64,000 nt of DNA from Bigelowiella natans CCMP2755 (Eukaryota > Protista > Cercozoa): the NCBI GenBank assembly GCA_000320545.1, contig ADNK01000278.1, positions 1,645 to 65,644 on the forward strand. The letters run 5' to 3'. Under the pieces are notes generated by a model. That model had not been told where the DNA came from. It made no database searches and saw only the letters and a list, made by a program, of their open reading frames with translations. How positions within the stretch are numbered: position 1 is the stretch's first letter; the number at the start of each line of letters is the position of its first letter. Both the position numbers and the translations under genes were made by a program. Below, in pieces: positions 1 to 13,599 of the stretch.

Positions 1-958
1 TGATTCCCTCCTCTCTCTCCAGCTACGTACCACCATGTCTGACATGAGCTATTCCTTTCTAAAGAGAATAAGCGACGCATTGAGAAGTGGAAGGAGAATA
101 AAATTCAGGACTGGCACAAAGGTCTAGCATTAATGCCTTTACTCTTCTCTTTATTGATGCTGAGGTACCGTGTCTTCAAGGTGGAAAGCTCCGTCAGAAG
201 TTTCCTGACATAGACGATTTGAAGAATGTAGGAACAAGCTTTGTGGGTGTGCGTGCGTATTACCCTTCGCGTTTGCAAAAGTTTAGTATATTCCATGTTG
301 TTTCTGCACGTGATCCAGTGGATGAACGCTCAAGTATCAAAGGCGAAAACGAAGGCAGCATCCAAAAGCTCAAGAAGTGGACGGAGTAGAAAAGGTCCAC
401 AACGCACAACATGATTATGCCGTGTGAATTAGCATTAGCACAGTCCAATGCATGCACGCGTTACACCGGTGATGTAGTTGCAAGAGGATTATGGATGTGC
501 CACTGACTGACCACACCTAGCAGCATCTGACCTGGGTGGTAGCGACACCGACGGCAAAAAGTATCGTAGCTTATCTGAGATATGGTCCCAGTACGCTTCT
601 ACGACAAAAGCGATGGCTAGTGCACCAGATGATGACAGAGAAACAAAGAAGAGAGTGAAAAAGAACAAGAAAAAGAACAAGAAGAACAAGAAAACGACGT
701 CATCGTCAACACCAGTATCATCGACGTTATCTTCGTCACATGGCCGGCAAACACGCCAAGAATGGTACCAGAGGTAGTGAGCATCAACTGTCGTGACAAC
801 AACTAGAAGAAAAATAAGAAGAAAAGAGAGCACGTGAAAGTGGCATATTGAGGAAATCTTACGGTGATTTCAGGGGCGCTCATTACTGGAAGAATGCGGA
901 TGCAACCGTTGACGGGGTTTGTATATTTCTTGAATACGCGATGGAGGATCTTTCTCTT

Positions 959-998
<40 letters not shown>

Positions 999-1350
999 TG
1001 AAAGATAATATAAGTTCTCCAGGCTGGATTTCGATTATTCATCTGATTGCAGGTTCTTGGAGGCTTCGGACACGTCTCCACTGTTGATATAGCTGATTCC
1101 AGGCGTTTTCTCAAGTCATTAGGTAGTATCCGCAGCATTTCCTTCTTCTTCATCATCCATAAGTATGAAGCAATTGCATCTCTACCGACTTCGTGCTTTA
1201 CAAACATCGACGGTTTCAGATGGCGTTGGCAGGGATCGAGCGGTTGATCTTGGAGCAGGTACATGATATACGTGTGTATGTGTGGACGTGTTTGGTGTTT
1301 ACTCGAGGAAGTACAAGACCAAAAGACACACGAATATTAATTATGTAAAA

Positions 1351-1391
<41 letters not shown>

Positions 1392-2329
1392 CGTGGACTG
1401 CTGATAGGTATCGGACGGGTTGTAAAAGGCCTTCTTCTGCCCCCTGTTCAAGAGTGTCGATCTAGTTGACCAGGTCGTTTGTCATTAGAGCAGGGGAGAG
1501 AGAGAGAGAGGAGGAGGAGGGGGGGGGGGGGGTGGGGGGGACAGATAGATTGAACATGCATTACAACGCATACCAGGACAAGAAGTACGTTGATACGGCA
1601 CGAGAAGAACTCTGTAATCACGCAAATATGGGCCAATTCGTGTGCTCGGGCCTTCAGGATTTGGAGTTGTTAGGAGGAGGAGGTAAAGGCTTCTTATTCG
1701 TATTACTGCGTGTTTTCGATTTCAGAAATTCTTCTGGTGTGCAGAAGATGCTGCAACCTCTATTTCCCTTCATGCAAATATGATGTTATTGTAAACATCA
1801 GATATTCATTTATTGTCTTTACTTGTGTCCTCCTCCCTCCACCTCCTCCTCCTCCTTTTCCTTCTCCTCCTTTCTTCCTCGTAACATAGACTCAGGTGAT
1901 GTCCGATATGACGTGATATGGTTCCAGTGGGTGCTTGGACACTTCCCCGACAGGTGAGGCTGCCTGACTCCATTCTAAGCTCAGTACGACGATAATTGGC
2001 ATTGACTTGTTTTTTTGTGTTTAATTCATTCCTGCTGCACTACTAAAAAGCGATTTGGAGTCTCTGCTCCGGAGGTGCCGGGTAGTAGTACCGAAGCAGT
2101 TGGTAGGATAGGATGAGAGCTATATCGGCGCTCACACGTGACGTTTGTTAGCATCACCATCGTCGTTACCCGTGTTGTTGTTGTTGTTGTTGTTGTTGTT
2201 TCAATAGGAATGCCTGCAAGAATCAGGTGTGATTGTGGTCAAGGAGAATATTTCGAGCGGAGGTTTTGTCCTTGATAAGGTATTCAGTCTCTATTGAAAG
2301 CTGAAGATTCACGATGGTGTGGGGGTGGT

Positions 2330-2405
<76 letters not shown>

Positions 2406-2687
2406 ATCACCTATTTTGCTGGCTATGTTCGTGCGGTACAGCCAACGGTAGCAAATTAGCACATATTTTGTTCCAGGAGGATATGAGCGTCACTCGTTCC
2501 GAGAGCGCCTACAAAGCTGTCTTTGAATCTGCTGGTCTAAAGGTACATAGTAGTCGTCGTGTATCTCCGACAGGAAATGCACTGATGAACGGGGTCATGA
2601 TAAATTTTCTTCCAGGTTGTCGAAGAGATGTGGCAGACCAAGTTTCCGAAAGAGTTGTATCCCGTGAAAATGTTCGCGTTAAGATAA
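1..2687 (+). CDS. NTMT1: Alpha-N-terminal protein methyltransferase (NTMT1/Tae1 family), multi-exon, 5' end upstream of or near the window start
   Basis: Spliced exons read GSDTDGKKYRSLSEIW...QEWYQR|GAHYWKNADATVDG|VLGGFGHVSTVDIADSRRFL...IGRVVKGLLLPLFKSVDLVDQ...YDVIWFQWVLGHFPD...GVIVVKEN...EDMSVTRS...QTKFPKELYPVKMFALR*, stop at 2685-2687. These are the characteristic motifs of the family. Confidence 0.92.
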
Positions 2688-2699
2688 CAATTTCAGAAA

Positions 2700-3400
2700 G
2701 CAAGCTAGCTAGATAGCGCTAGAGGGGCAAATTTAACTACAAAGTGCATTGGCACATCTAGACATGGAAGCGCTGCCTGTACTAGTGTATGGCATACCAT
2801 CATAACAAATTTACAATTACTCTCTTCAGTAGCTATCACAATGCAAGGAAGGCAATTTAGTTTCTGCTTGCTATGTTTATGTGCATGCTGTGTTTCTAGA
2901 TGCGTGCTCTCATTGTAATGTGCACAACAAACATTTATTAGAGCTACCACAAAATCACATGTGCTACCTTTTCGTACGAGTTGCGGCATACAGGGACTAC
3001 ATGCTGCTTTCCCGCTGTTCCTAGCTAGGTATAAATAATAGGTTAATGCGCTGCTATATACCAGTGCCATACCTTTTGCTTCATTACGCACGTTTAATGC
3101 TAATAATGGTTGGGGATTGCGCACAGAGATGTGCGAAGTATCCATAGCATTGCGCATAAAATCTAGCAATGTGACACATCATTGACGTGCAGTGTGCTGT
3201 TGATCAATGTCTAGATGTATCAAGCATGATGCAAGAAAGCTATGATTGACACAGCTGCTAGGAGGAGCCAATGTGGTTGTACACTACAATCACTATATCG
3301 CTATATACAATTAAAGAAATCAAAAACCGTAATCTGGGAGTGGTGGCAGCCACAGTCAGAATTCTGCACCAATATATTTCCAGGCCACGTATATTACATC
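2700..3400. other. CTAG/TGCA/CATG-enriched convergent intergenic tract
   Basis: Lies between the 3' ends of NTMT1 (+) and SPFH (-); repeated gctagc/tctaga. Weaker signal than 7.1 kb or 13.6 kb. Confidence 0.55.
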
Positions 3401-3420
3401 ATTAGTAGCACTATGTTCGA

Positions 3421-5117
3421 TCACTGGCGTTTTGCCTCGGGTTGCATGTGCTTCAGGGCTGCGAGATCGAGTGGGTTTACTCCCGAGAATCCCTCTGGGA
3501 CGAAAGTGACAGTGCTCTTGTCTGATATCTCCTTGACCTTCTGCACACCCTGCGCTGCAAGTCGCTCCAACAATGTTGCGTGGACTGCCTGAGCCTCAAG
3601 GCCTTTGTACGAATTTGCCACGGTTCTAATAGCAGCAGCTTCTGCCTCTGCAATCGTCTTAATGGCTTTGGCCCTGGCAAATGCAAGCTTCTCAACTCGC
3701 TCAACCTCTGCTTTTATTTTACCCTGCTCTTGCACTAGATGGGCATCCCGCCTACCGCCGGCGATGATCCCCTCCTCTCGAGCCTTTGCGGTAGCGTTCT
3801 TTAGTCGCGTGTCGACCTCAAGTGTTGTGACAGCTTGGTTGTTCATGGCTTGTTGAAATGACGACTCGTAGTGGACACGGAAGCCGATACTGAGCAAAGT
3901 GCCTCCCACGCTGCGAGAGAATTCAGCTAATTCTGCCGTTGACACAGCTTTGAGGTAGTCGGCGAGGGACGCCCCATGGTAATTAGGGATCTCGCTCGGA
4001 TTCTGCAGTTCATTTCGTGAGAGAGCACCAATCGTGTCCTTGAGCTTAAGGGCCACCAGCTCCTCCAAGGCATCTATAAGACTGATGTATTGCGTCTTAC
4101 CGCGGAGGATGCGAGGTTGGTAGAGTTCAACCCGCACGTACACGTCGACGTTCACAGGAGTCGGGTCTTTAGTGTACACTTTGATAGTGTTTAAGTTCTT
4201 GCCGTATTCTTGGACATTGGCATTACCAAGAAATTCAACGCCCTGCTTGTAAATAACGTACTCCCCCGGAGGCTTTTCCCCGATAACGTTGCCGTGGCGG
4301 AAGAGTCCCACGTAACCAGCGGGTACTTTGACAAAAGCCGCGCGCCCTGTCGCAGGTGCTGATGAGTGAATACCACGCACCATGGTCCCGTTTTGGAAGG
4401 CTAGGGCTCCATCCTGCTGCATGGTACTGATCACATTCGTGAGAAGTTTGTAAGGTTCCTTCATCACATAACGACCTGGTCCGAGAGGCATGATCCTGTG
4501 CTTTTCATCTTGAATCAAGGCAGCTTCGTTGGAGCCGACGTTGACGATAGTTATGTTACTGTGTCTGATCACCTTATCAGATAGCGCAACAGTACCGCGC
4601 CACGTTGTTGTCCAGTCGGTTTGGGTGAAGTGTTGCCCCTCTCCTGCAATTTCTGGCTCTCCTTTTCGCGTAATTAGCCCAATGAAGCCAGGAAGAACGC
4701 GATGACCAACTCCTAGGCAACCCCAGGAACGAACAACTCGCACTTTGATGGACTCAAGGGCCTTAAGGTATCCCTCTTCGTCTTTACTCATGACTACATG
4801 AAAGTTTTCTGAGTTCTCTGGGGGGGCAATATCGTCCACGCGCTCCACCTTTACTTCCCCGATGACCATGTCGTTCTTCTGGCTCCCAACGTGCTTTGAC
4901 GACGACTTATGGTCTGGGAAAAACAAGAAATTTCATGTGTGGATTCTAAAACAGAAGATCGTGTCAAGCTACCTTCACTGTAGGCGGCGACAAGACCGGT
5001 CTTCATTCCTTCCTTCGGATTCAGTTTCTTCGCATCTGCGTTCATCGTGGCGAGTGGCGCGAGGGGTGGCGCAGTGGCGGATCCATGCTTTGTCTCTGTC
5101 ATCTCCATGTCGGGCAT
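3421..5117 (-). CDS. SPFH/Band-7 (stomatin/flotillin-like) membrane scaffold protein, 2 exons
   Basis: Exon 1 5117-4973, GT-AG intron 4972-4914, long exon 2 4913-3421. Repeated GPGRY/PPGEY beta units, SPFH core (IKVYTKDPTPVNVDVYVRV...LKDTIGALS) and an EA-rich coiled coil (AKAIKTIAEAEAAAIRTVA). Confidence 0.8.
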
Positions 5118-5617
5118 GATCTCTCTCTCTCTCTCTTTTCTTTGGTGTTCGGTTAGAGAGAAGTTCGTTCCTTGGTGGTTCGATTTGTGGGTATCTCTAG
5201 ATCTAGCGTAATGATCCTCCTTACATTTCTAGATCTATTTATAGCATCCTCCTCACGTTTCACCTCCTGACAATTACTCGGTTTAGGACAAGAAACAAAC
5301 GACGATTTATATCTAAGACAAAGCCTGGACCTTTAAAAAACGCTCAAAGGCATATGTTTAAATATGGACTATTGCAACGCGAAAAAATATTTTTACAAAA
5401 TTTTGTATCTTTCTTCCCCTCCCGCGTACTGAAAATCTGCAGAGCTCAGAAGCCGAGTTATTGTTTTGTCTTGACAGCAAAAAAGAAGGGAGACGATCGA
5501 ACGTGTCGGGCATTTTGACTTATACGACAAAGGATGTATGTAAATTCCGGTAAGAAACCAAATCGATTTTTGGAAAGCATAGCTGAAAAACTACCCCCCT
5601 CAGCGTTTGTGTTGCTC

Positions 5618-7094
5618 ATGGCGCACGTTGTCGATGGAGTAGCCGGTGGAGTAGGTGGAGGCGAAAATGTAACCGGCAAGACTACTTTGAGAATAACTGT
5701 TCGGGAGAGGAAGAACGAGAGCAATGTCAAGGTCATGTCATTATTCTGTTCTTTGTGACATCGTGACATGCATTAATTGCCATGTTCTTACTCAGATGAT
5801 TCTCATTCCTCCATTTTTGACGTTAAATGCTCTCGTAGAAAAAGCCACAAAGGCTTTAAAAGTTGACCCGCAATCAAAAATAGTCTTTACCAATGGATCG
5901 GTGCAATGTGTACTTCCCGATGATCGAATACACATCTAACTGTCTATCTGTGTGATTGTAGGTCTTTGACGATATGCAGTTGCTAAGGGATGATGACACC
6001 CTGTTATTGGTACCTCCATCGGAGACTAAGACGAGTATTGATTTAGCAAGGTTGGGCAACAGAGCGTTAGAACCAGATGATGCTGAATCGGAGAGATACC
6101 AGGTTGGTGGTCACGCGACGAACAAACCATTCGGAGAAGATGAAAGGATAAATCACATTAAAGCACACCGATTGGTTCGTGCAGGTTGCTGTGATGGGTC
6201 CTGGTGGCGTTGGTAAATCAGCTTTGACGATTCGTTTTTGTCAAAATGACTTCGTCGAGGACTATGACCCTACTATCGAAGATGCTTATCGACATCACTT
6301 TATGGTTGATTCAGCGCCTGTTACGTTGGACATAATGGATGTATGTAAATTTCAAAATAAAGTACTTCTTCCTTTCTAATTTCATTCATAATCTTTTTAT
6401 CATTTAAATTAGACTGCAGGGCAAGCAGAGTATGAAGCCTTAAGACAAACATGGATGAAAGAAAATCAGGCATGAAGTTCTGCATGATATTCGATAATTA
6501 CAACTTTATTCCACTTTTATCAAATCCATTTATAGGCCTTTGTTCTAGTATTTGATATCACTGATCCATCAACCCTCAAAGAGCTTCGAACAGATTTTTA
6601 TCAAAAGATATACCAGGTTCATATTGTATTTTTCAAAATGTAATGTCATAGATCATTCCTTGTTTTACAGATGCATGAGGTGGACGCTCCGCTTATTGTA
6701 GTTGTCGGAAATAAGGTGCTTAATCTTAGCTTAAAATATTTTCTTTAAACTTCTATCGCTAATTGGCTATTATTCCGTGAACAGCTCGATCTAGATGGGA
6801 AGAGAAAAGTATCATCAAAGGAGGCAGCTCTTATAGCATCACAAATGGTATGGAAAAGAAATGCACAATTTTTGCTGTTATTCCAATCGCCTCGATACAT
6901 GAATAATGAATCAGAATGCGCCATATATCGAAGCTTCAGCCTTGTCGGGAACAGGAGTAAAGTTTGCCTTCTCTACTATTGTTAAACAGATTCGAAAGAG
7001 AAGGGAAGTTAGGCCAACTAGTTTAATCAGCCAAAAGTATAACTGTCAGCCAAGGAAAATAGGTTCATTGTTCTCTTTGTGTGCGTTGGTTTAA
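5618..7094 (+). CDS. Ras-family small GTPase with an N-terminal KHA/DCX-like extension and C-terminal CaaX (CALV)
   Basis: G1 GPGGVGKS, effector loop YDPTIEDAY, D|TAGQAEY, VGNK|LDL, EASA, CaaX CALV*. About 9 exons, one with a GC donor (intron 6470-6535). Confidence 0.9.
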
Positions 7095-7099
7095 CACAA

Positions 7100-7560
7100 C
7101 CACAAATCATGCCAACTGTTACTTGATTCCTGCACATACCTCAAAATCATTGGGCACTACTTGCACGAAGTCCAGCGCTCTAACTACCTCTAGAGCCAGC
7201 GCTAGCTAGCTGGACTGGTCTAGTGGTAGAGTGTGTGGTCACGCAGCGCTAGAGCTCTAGACTGTGCATTCCTGCTAGCCTGTCTTGTCCAGATTGTTGT
7301 GCCATGAGATGTCAAGCCATCTTGCGCTCTCTAGCTCTAGCTAACTAGCGCTGCATGTATCTCGATTTCTAGATCTAGCTAGCTAGAGATCTAGGCATAC
7401 TAGCATGGTCACACACATGCGCGTCTAGACGTCACCATCTAGTTTTTGTGCGTCTCTGTTGAATGTGAGCATGTTACGTGAAAGGAGATTACACATTGCA
7501 TAATTCGTAGTTTCAACTTTTTAATTGTGTGAAGATGTAACATTTCCGCTTCGAGTAATA
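7100..7560. other. CTAG-rich convergent intergenic tract
   Basis: Dense ctag/ctagctag between the Ras (+) and ADAM (-) stop codons; most TA dinucleotides are in CTAG. Confidence 0.75.
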
Positions 7561-7589
7561 GAATCAATTGTCATAAACAGATTATTAGC

Positions 7590-9897
7590 CTATTGGGTAG
7601 GCTTTTCCCAGAGGGATTGGCCTGTAACTTCATTGAAATAGTATGGAATACCATCTGAACGGTAATTCATTGTCCAGTTTGGTGGGAGACCCCCTTTACC
7701 CGGTCGTGGCGCGTCTACGATTCGAACAGACTCCTGGCCAGATTCTAGTCGTGTTGCAGCTGCAGCTGCTGGTGTCGGAAGTCGTACACGCCTACTGTTG
7801 TTAGGTTGTGCGCGTTCTCCAGAAGATCTGATTGATGATGTAGAATTAAATTAGCTTTTTCCGAGATGTTGACTTTAACACAACCTATTGGATTTCATGC
7901 AGCAGCAGCAATAGAAAACAGCTGCAATTATAGCAGCTCCAACGAGCTGAGAAAAAGATTTAATGAACTCAGTTGCCACATTTTCAAATATTTCATCGCT
8001 TTACCGCAGCAACTAATATGAGAGCCAATGTGGAACCATCCATTCCACCTTTGTGACAACAAAGTCAAGATTTGAAATTACAGGTATATTAAAATCTAAG
8101 AAACCTCCATCATCTGTCGTGAAACAATCATCGGCAGTAGACAAATTTGGACCCTCGCATAACGAATCCTACAATTAGTGGTATGATTGGATCTCTGGCC
8201 GAAACACAGATACAATGCTTCACGTACAGCGACTCGTACTCCACTTTCATCTTGACATTCAAAACACCCAGCTCTAAATTCGACATAGACGAAAACCTGA
8301 GATGTTTTTCTATCACGAACAGTTTTGCAAATTGATGTCCATCATTCTATACCGCCAGAGTCGTACTAGGTACACATTCCATCTGTTCGCATTGAGAAGT
8401 GGGCCCACATGGGGTTCCAAAAGAAACATTCACTGGTGTGCCCTGAATACTATTTCGAGATCTAACAGAAAGTAACAGAAAGCGCACATTTATACCGTGT
8501 GTAAATTAATCGCTGACGCCAAATATGGTATTAATAATATATATGGTTACACTGAGCATTCCAGCAATGAGCATGCATCCTCCTCGTTTCCCGTTGGCAC
8601 TACAGCAAATCTGACGAGTGAAAGTTCGTTAAAATATACGATTTGCTTCTCCGTTAAAAGAAATTATTAGTACGGCTCGCTTGGGTCGATGCAGTTGTCT
8701 GATTGACTGATACAGTCACCTTTTGTAGAAACATAATGTAATTTCAATCATAATTTACAATTTTCTCCCCAAAATATTTTTAGACCTAGGAAACAGAGCC
8801 CGGACTCAAGTACACCTAACGTGTACGTTATTTCGTTAGATTGAAGAACGCAATAAGATGATACAACGCTACTATGAAAGCTTCCTGACCAAATTGAGTG
8901 ACATCGTTGCATGGAGTTCCAGGATTTTGGTACAAATCTCTCTGAAATATAAGGTATTATGTTAATCAAATACATGAATTCGTTAGAAGACTGTACCGGA
9001 CAGTCAGCACTGCTTCCAGAACATGTGTCTTCTATGTCACACTCAGGATGAATAGCAGTTCGACCTATCAACATATATACCTCTGAGCTTAAAAGATAAA
9101 TTCATTTATGCAAACTTACAAATAAAGGTTGAAGGCCTAAATCTGAGGTTTTCGTCACAGCAAGGCTGCGAAAGTACAAAATCAGAGCAATATTAATCCC
9201 CTTATTGAAAAAAGAACCTCATTAAGTGAACACTGAACAGCAGCAGGTCCAAATGTACAATCTAACAATATAGATGTCTTAGTTCAGAACATAAATGCCG
9301 AAACAATTATTTTCCTTGACCACCTTCTAGACAGAAATCATCGAAAGCGCCAAAGCCTTCCAAACACACAGTTCGTTAAGAAAGTATTTTTACTCAAAAT
9401 TCAGAGATTTAAACCTTGATCACATAGCTCGTTACCCTCAACCTTTCATTTATAAATCATCATCAAACAATTATTGCTAAAAATGTTTTGAAAGATTACC
9501 TGTCCGTCGCCACATATCGGACCGTCAAGAGGTAGTCGATCATTCTCCTGTTAAACCAGCTAGTTAATGATTTCGTAAAAGTCTTTGAGGCGGTCTTAAC
9601 ACTACCAAACATGTAGGGACGCCAAATATTCCCGCCCGACCATATGTATTTTCCATGAAGAGGTCGATGAAGCTGATATATGATTAAACTCATTACTTTG
9701 ATTAACTTATGACACTTTTAGATAATTGATACCTTCTTGATTCTTCAGAGAATTCAAGGGCTGCATTTTGAGAGATGACAGCACTCATAACATTAACAAG
9801 TGGGACTGTATCGTGCTGCATGTTGAAGTTGTGACCTGAAAATAGATTATTCAATGCAACCACAAACTGTAAAATTAACACCTAATTTATGTGAAAA

Positions 9898-9929
<32 letters not shown>

Positions 9930-11941
9930 CGCTCTCTCTTTCTCTCTTTGCGCGCGCGTGTGTATTTGTGTGTGTGTGTGTGTGTGTTTGCTGCATATGT
10001 TTGTACTTCATACCCATCTCATGGGCTACAACCGCTGCATTATAGAATGAACGGCCATCCGTAACCTGGATTGCAATTGATCAACACATCAACACCATGT
10101 CTACACTGTGTCGATGTCAATCCACACCTGATTTATACCTACAGAAAATCTGGTATCGCACATGCTCCCCACATAGGCTAGGCCTATTGTTGAATCTGAA
10201 ACCATTATAATGTAGTGAGATTGTAAGTAATTCTGATAAAATTTTATTGTAATATATTTTTAAAAAAGCACCCTGAAAATTGAATCCTGGAAAAACTTGT
10301 ACATTATCAAAGGTGCCAAAGAGATTCCTGATGCCGTTCTGCCATGAATATATGCATATTTAAAGTAACTGTAACTATGGAGAGCGTTTCTAGATACCTG
10401 ATTCTGGCTGATATAAACTCCCACTGAATCAAGATATGCCGAAGGATCGATTTCATTGTTACCAATTGACGTCAAAGAACTTTGGACAGAGGGTGGCATA
10501 GAGCTGCGGTATGTCAACTGCCCTATCAAACGGATCTGTACCTAATGGTCTATCTATCACGGCATTTTACACTGTCGGTTTTACTAGAGAGGACTCACAT
10601 CACACGTAAAGGAAGGAGCTGTAATTCCTGGATAACTTCTACCATCCACTAAGCCGCCAGCATAATAACTAAAATATTAATAAGCTTATTGTAAGTCGTC
10701 AATAGTATGTCATTTCCTTACGCAGCCAAGAAGGAGAAAATCAAATTTGTGTTCGCTTCAGTACTCTGAGCAATTGAAAGTCATATTTCAGATACAGTAT
10801 CAGTTAACATCAAAAAGACTTACTGTTTGTTGAATATCAAATCGTCTGACATCGTTTATGATGAGTAGTTCAACAATTTTCATTGGAAAATTGGCGCACT
10901 GAGGTTGGTTTTGTCGTCAATGATCATATCTAATATTTTCCAAAACGTATACCTCGTTCGCTCTTAGTGGTTTAGTAGCATGATTTTCATCTTGTTTGTG
11001 GCCCTCCATCGAAAGTACATGCATATTTTGTTGCTCTAAAAAAATGCGAGGAAATTTTCAAATAAGTTCAATATCCTATCCTTGTATATAATATGACCGT
11101 GTGCTTCATGGTGGTGAGAGACCCCGCATTTTGCGTTCTCTTTGTCAGGCGTATAATCCGAAACTTTGTGGACAAAATGCCTGCAGATGTTGTAAAAGGA
11201 ATACACCAATTCCATCAAACGTCAGGCTGTTGGTAAACTAAATGCAAAACATTCGGATTTGAACCTCTTGTGCTCTGATATGTATTCAATGTTATATGAG
11301 TCCCCATCGAGACTAAAGATTCCATGGACACCCCCTAAATACAAGATTCGTTATGCATATCTTGGAAGCACAGAATAATTCACCTTGACATGTGGAGAAA
11401 AAACATGTGTTGTTCACGGAGGTAGCTGCATCTTGGGTTGTTAATATTCCAGCATAATAGCATTGGGTAACTCCCTTCATAATAAATATCACATAGATTC
11501 CATTACGAGTGAGACCACAGATACCTATTATGAAACGACCTTCGTGATAGAATGAAGCTTGCCACCATCCATGTGAATTTCTTTGTATCCTTCCCCAAAT
11601 ATATCATTTTTCCTCGATCCAGTTAGAACGATTTCTCTAAATAATTGTTCGTATTGTGATTTCTTAATTGGGAACCTAAGTAACCTGGTCATTCACCTGC
11701 CATAAGCCGTAAAAGTCACATTTATATTATCTGGATGTGTCCCCGGCTGGACGTCTAGAAGATCGACATTTTGGGATCCTTGCACATTTGGGAAAACCTT
11801 GGGAATGTTAACTGTGAAAAGTTTATTCAATTTCGCTTAGTTTATCACCTTCAAGTCCCTGATTTCAGCCTCATCGTTACGGACGGCCATCGCTATGCTT
11901 ACAACCGACTGGAAAAGGAAGACGTACCATAAAACCCTCAT
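7590..11941 (-). CDS. ADAM/reprolysin (M12B) metalloprotease-disintegrin, type I membrane protein with a cytoplasmic WW domain
   Basis: Signal peptide MRVLWYVFLFQSVVSIAMA; Cys-switch-like AKCGV; GLAYVGSMC; Zn motif HEM|GHNFNMQHD plus Met-turn VMS; disintegrin CR..AIHPECDIEDTCSGSSADCP; TM LVGAAIIAAVFYCCCC; terminal GLPPNWTMNYRSDGIPYYFNEVTGQSLWEKPTQ*. Confidence 0.88.
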
Positions 11942-12559
11942 CACCGAGTCTTCCCTATAGCCTTTCAACAGCAACATAAATTTAAACAATGACACAAGGA
12001 AGGCACGAATCCTCTGTAGGGTCTTTTATCATACCCGCTGAACACTTACATTTTAACTCAGATTTGGCAGAAACTCTTGTGTCGCCACTCACTATTCGGA
12101 CCTCTTTTTTAAAAAGAGAACCTCGATATTTTGTTTTCGATTTAGCCATACAGCAGGTCTATTTCTGGATCGCGTGTCACTCGTGTCGGAAGATTTGACC
12201 ATATTTTGCAATCGAGATCTGAATCTTACAACGAATTCGTGGGCACTTTGTGCTGCGACATGGCCAAGAAACACGTTTTACCAGTGGTAGGATGTATTCT
12301 CAGATCTGCGACAACCATGGACGTATCGGCACAAGTACTTGACCGATTTATTCCTGAACGAACTTTAGTTCTGTTCCATCCGATAGCTAGCCAAGAAATC
12401 CGTCACGCTAGTTCAGCTTTCCTTCCGGTGCCGTACAACGCAAAATGAACACACAGCAGAAAAGCAGGCCATTCGAATTCACGTTCCAAATTATGCTATA
12501 TTCCCCTGAATTTTAAGGATACGACAACCCAATCATGACGCTGTTCAATCATTTCCTTC

Positions 12560-13392
12560 ATGCTTCAAAGAAACAAACAACACAAAACAAGTTCGAGGGA
12601 GGGGCAACCACACAAGATGAAGAACAACGAGAAAGAAAAATTCCAGAGAACACTAAGCCCTTTGCCCTTGTCACCTAAAACCAGGTCCCATCGTCGTGGC
12701 TCCACCGGAGGAATCGAAACACCTCCACCCCGATCAACTCGACGAGGGCAAGATTCTCAAGGTCGCAGACACTCTGCCCCGCAACTAATATATCGTTCAC
12801 CAGTGGCTTCTCCTCTCTCAAATTTCGCCTTCAAACTAGATAAACATGGTAAAAAATAATTGTTATAATTATGACTCCTCATATTTCTAAATTATTTATT
12901 TGTTCAATTTTCCACATTCTAGGCAAAATAACGTTGAGTCGGAGCCCACGTTTTACCATCATTTCCATAGATGAAAATGAGGGAGAGATTAAGGGCATGA
13001 ATTTGACTTCTCCCAAAAATGATTCAACTGTCAGTCCTTCCACAAAATCCAGAGAACGATCAGAAAAATCTTCGCCGAATAGACCCCCGAGGAAAAGAAT
13101 GGGTGCTGATTATAGCCTATATGATAAAAAGATACTTTCATCCTTATCATCCTATAAAGGTCATCAACGAAATCGAAAATCGAATGAGAATTCATTTAAA
13201 AGTTGGTGGGGATGTTCTTGTCGGAATTCTCAAATCTTATCAGATGATGACGAAGATTTTGATGACCACAATATGAAATCTACAAGTCAATCTGTGTTAG
13301 GCGACAATGTTCGCGATGACGAGAATGCGAGCTATGGTGTTGGATACTATGCGGTTGTACCACCGAAAACGATGCCAGCGACTCCTAGATAA
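12560..13392 (+). CDS. Hypothetical Ser/Pro/Arg-rich disordered protein, 2 exons
   Basis: ORFs 12560-12859 and 12871-13392 can be joined by a GT-AG intron (~12849-12922). No recognisable domain. Confidence 0.5.
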
Positions 13393-13599
13393 AATTGCAA
13401 GCCATGAGAAACGACTAGAACCACAATAAAACGATTAAAAAAGTAGGCATTTCAACTAACAAAATTGTAACATGTCACCCAAGCAAAAAAAGTGAATTTG
13501 TAAATCATGTGATTTGAACATTTCACATTTTCACACACATACAGACTTAAAGTTCGAATTATTTTATATAATGTGATAAACGAGAGTGTAGAATGATGC

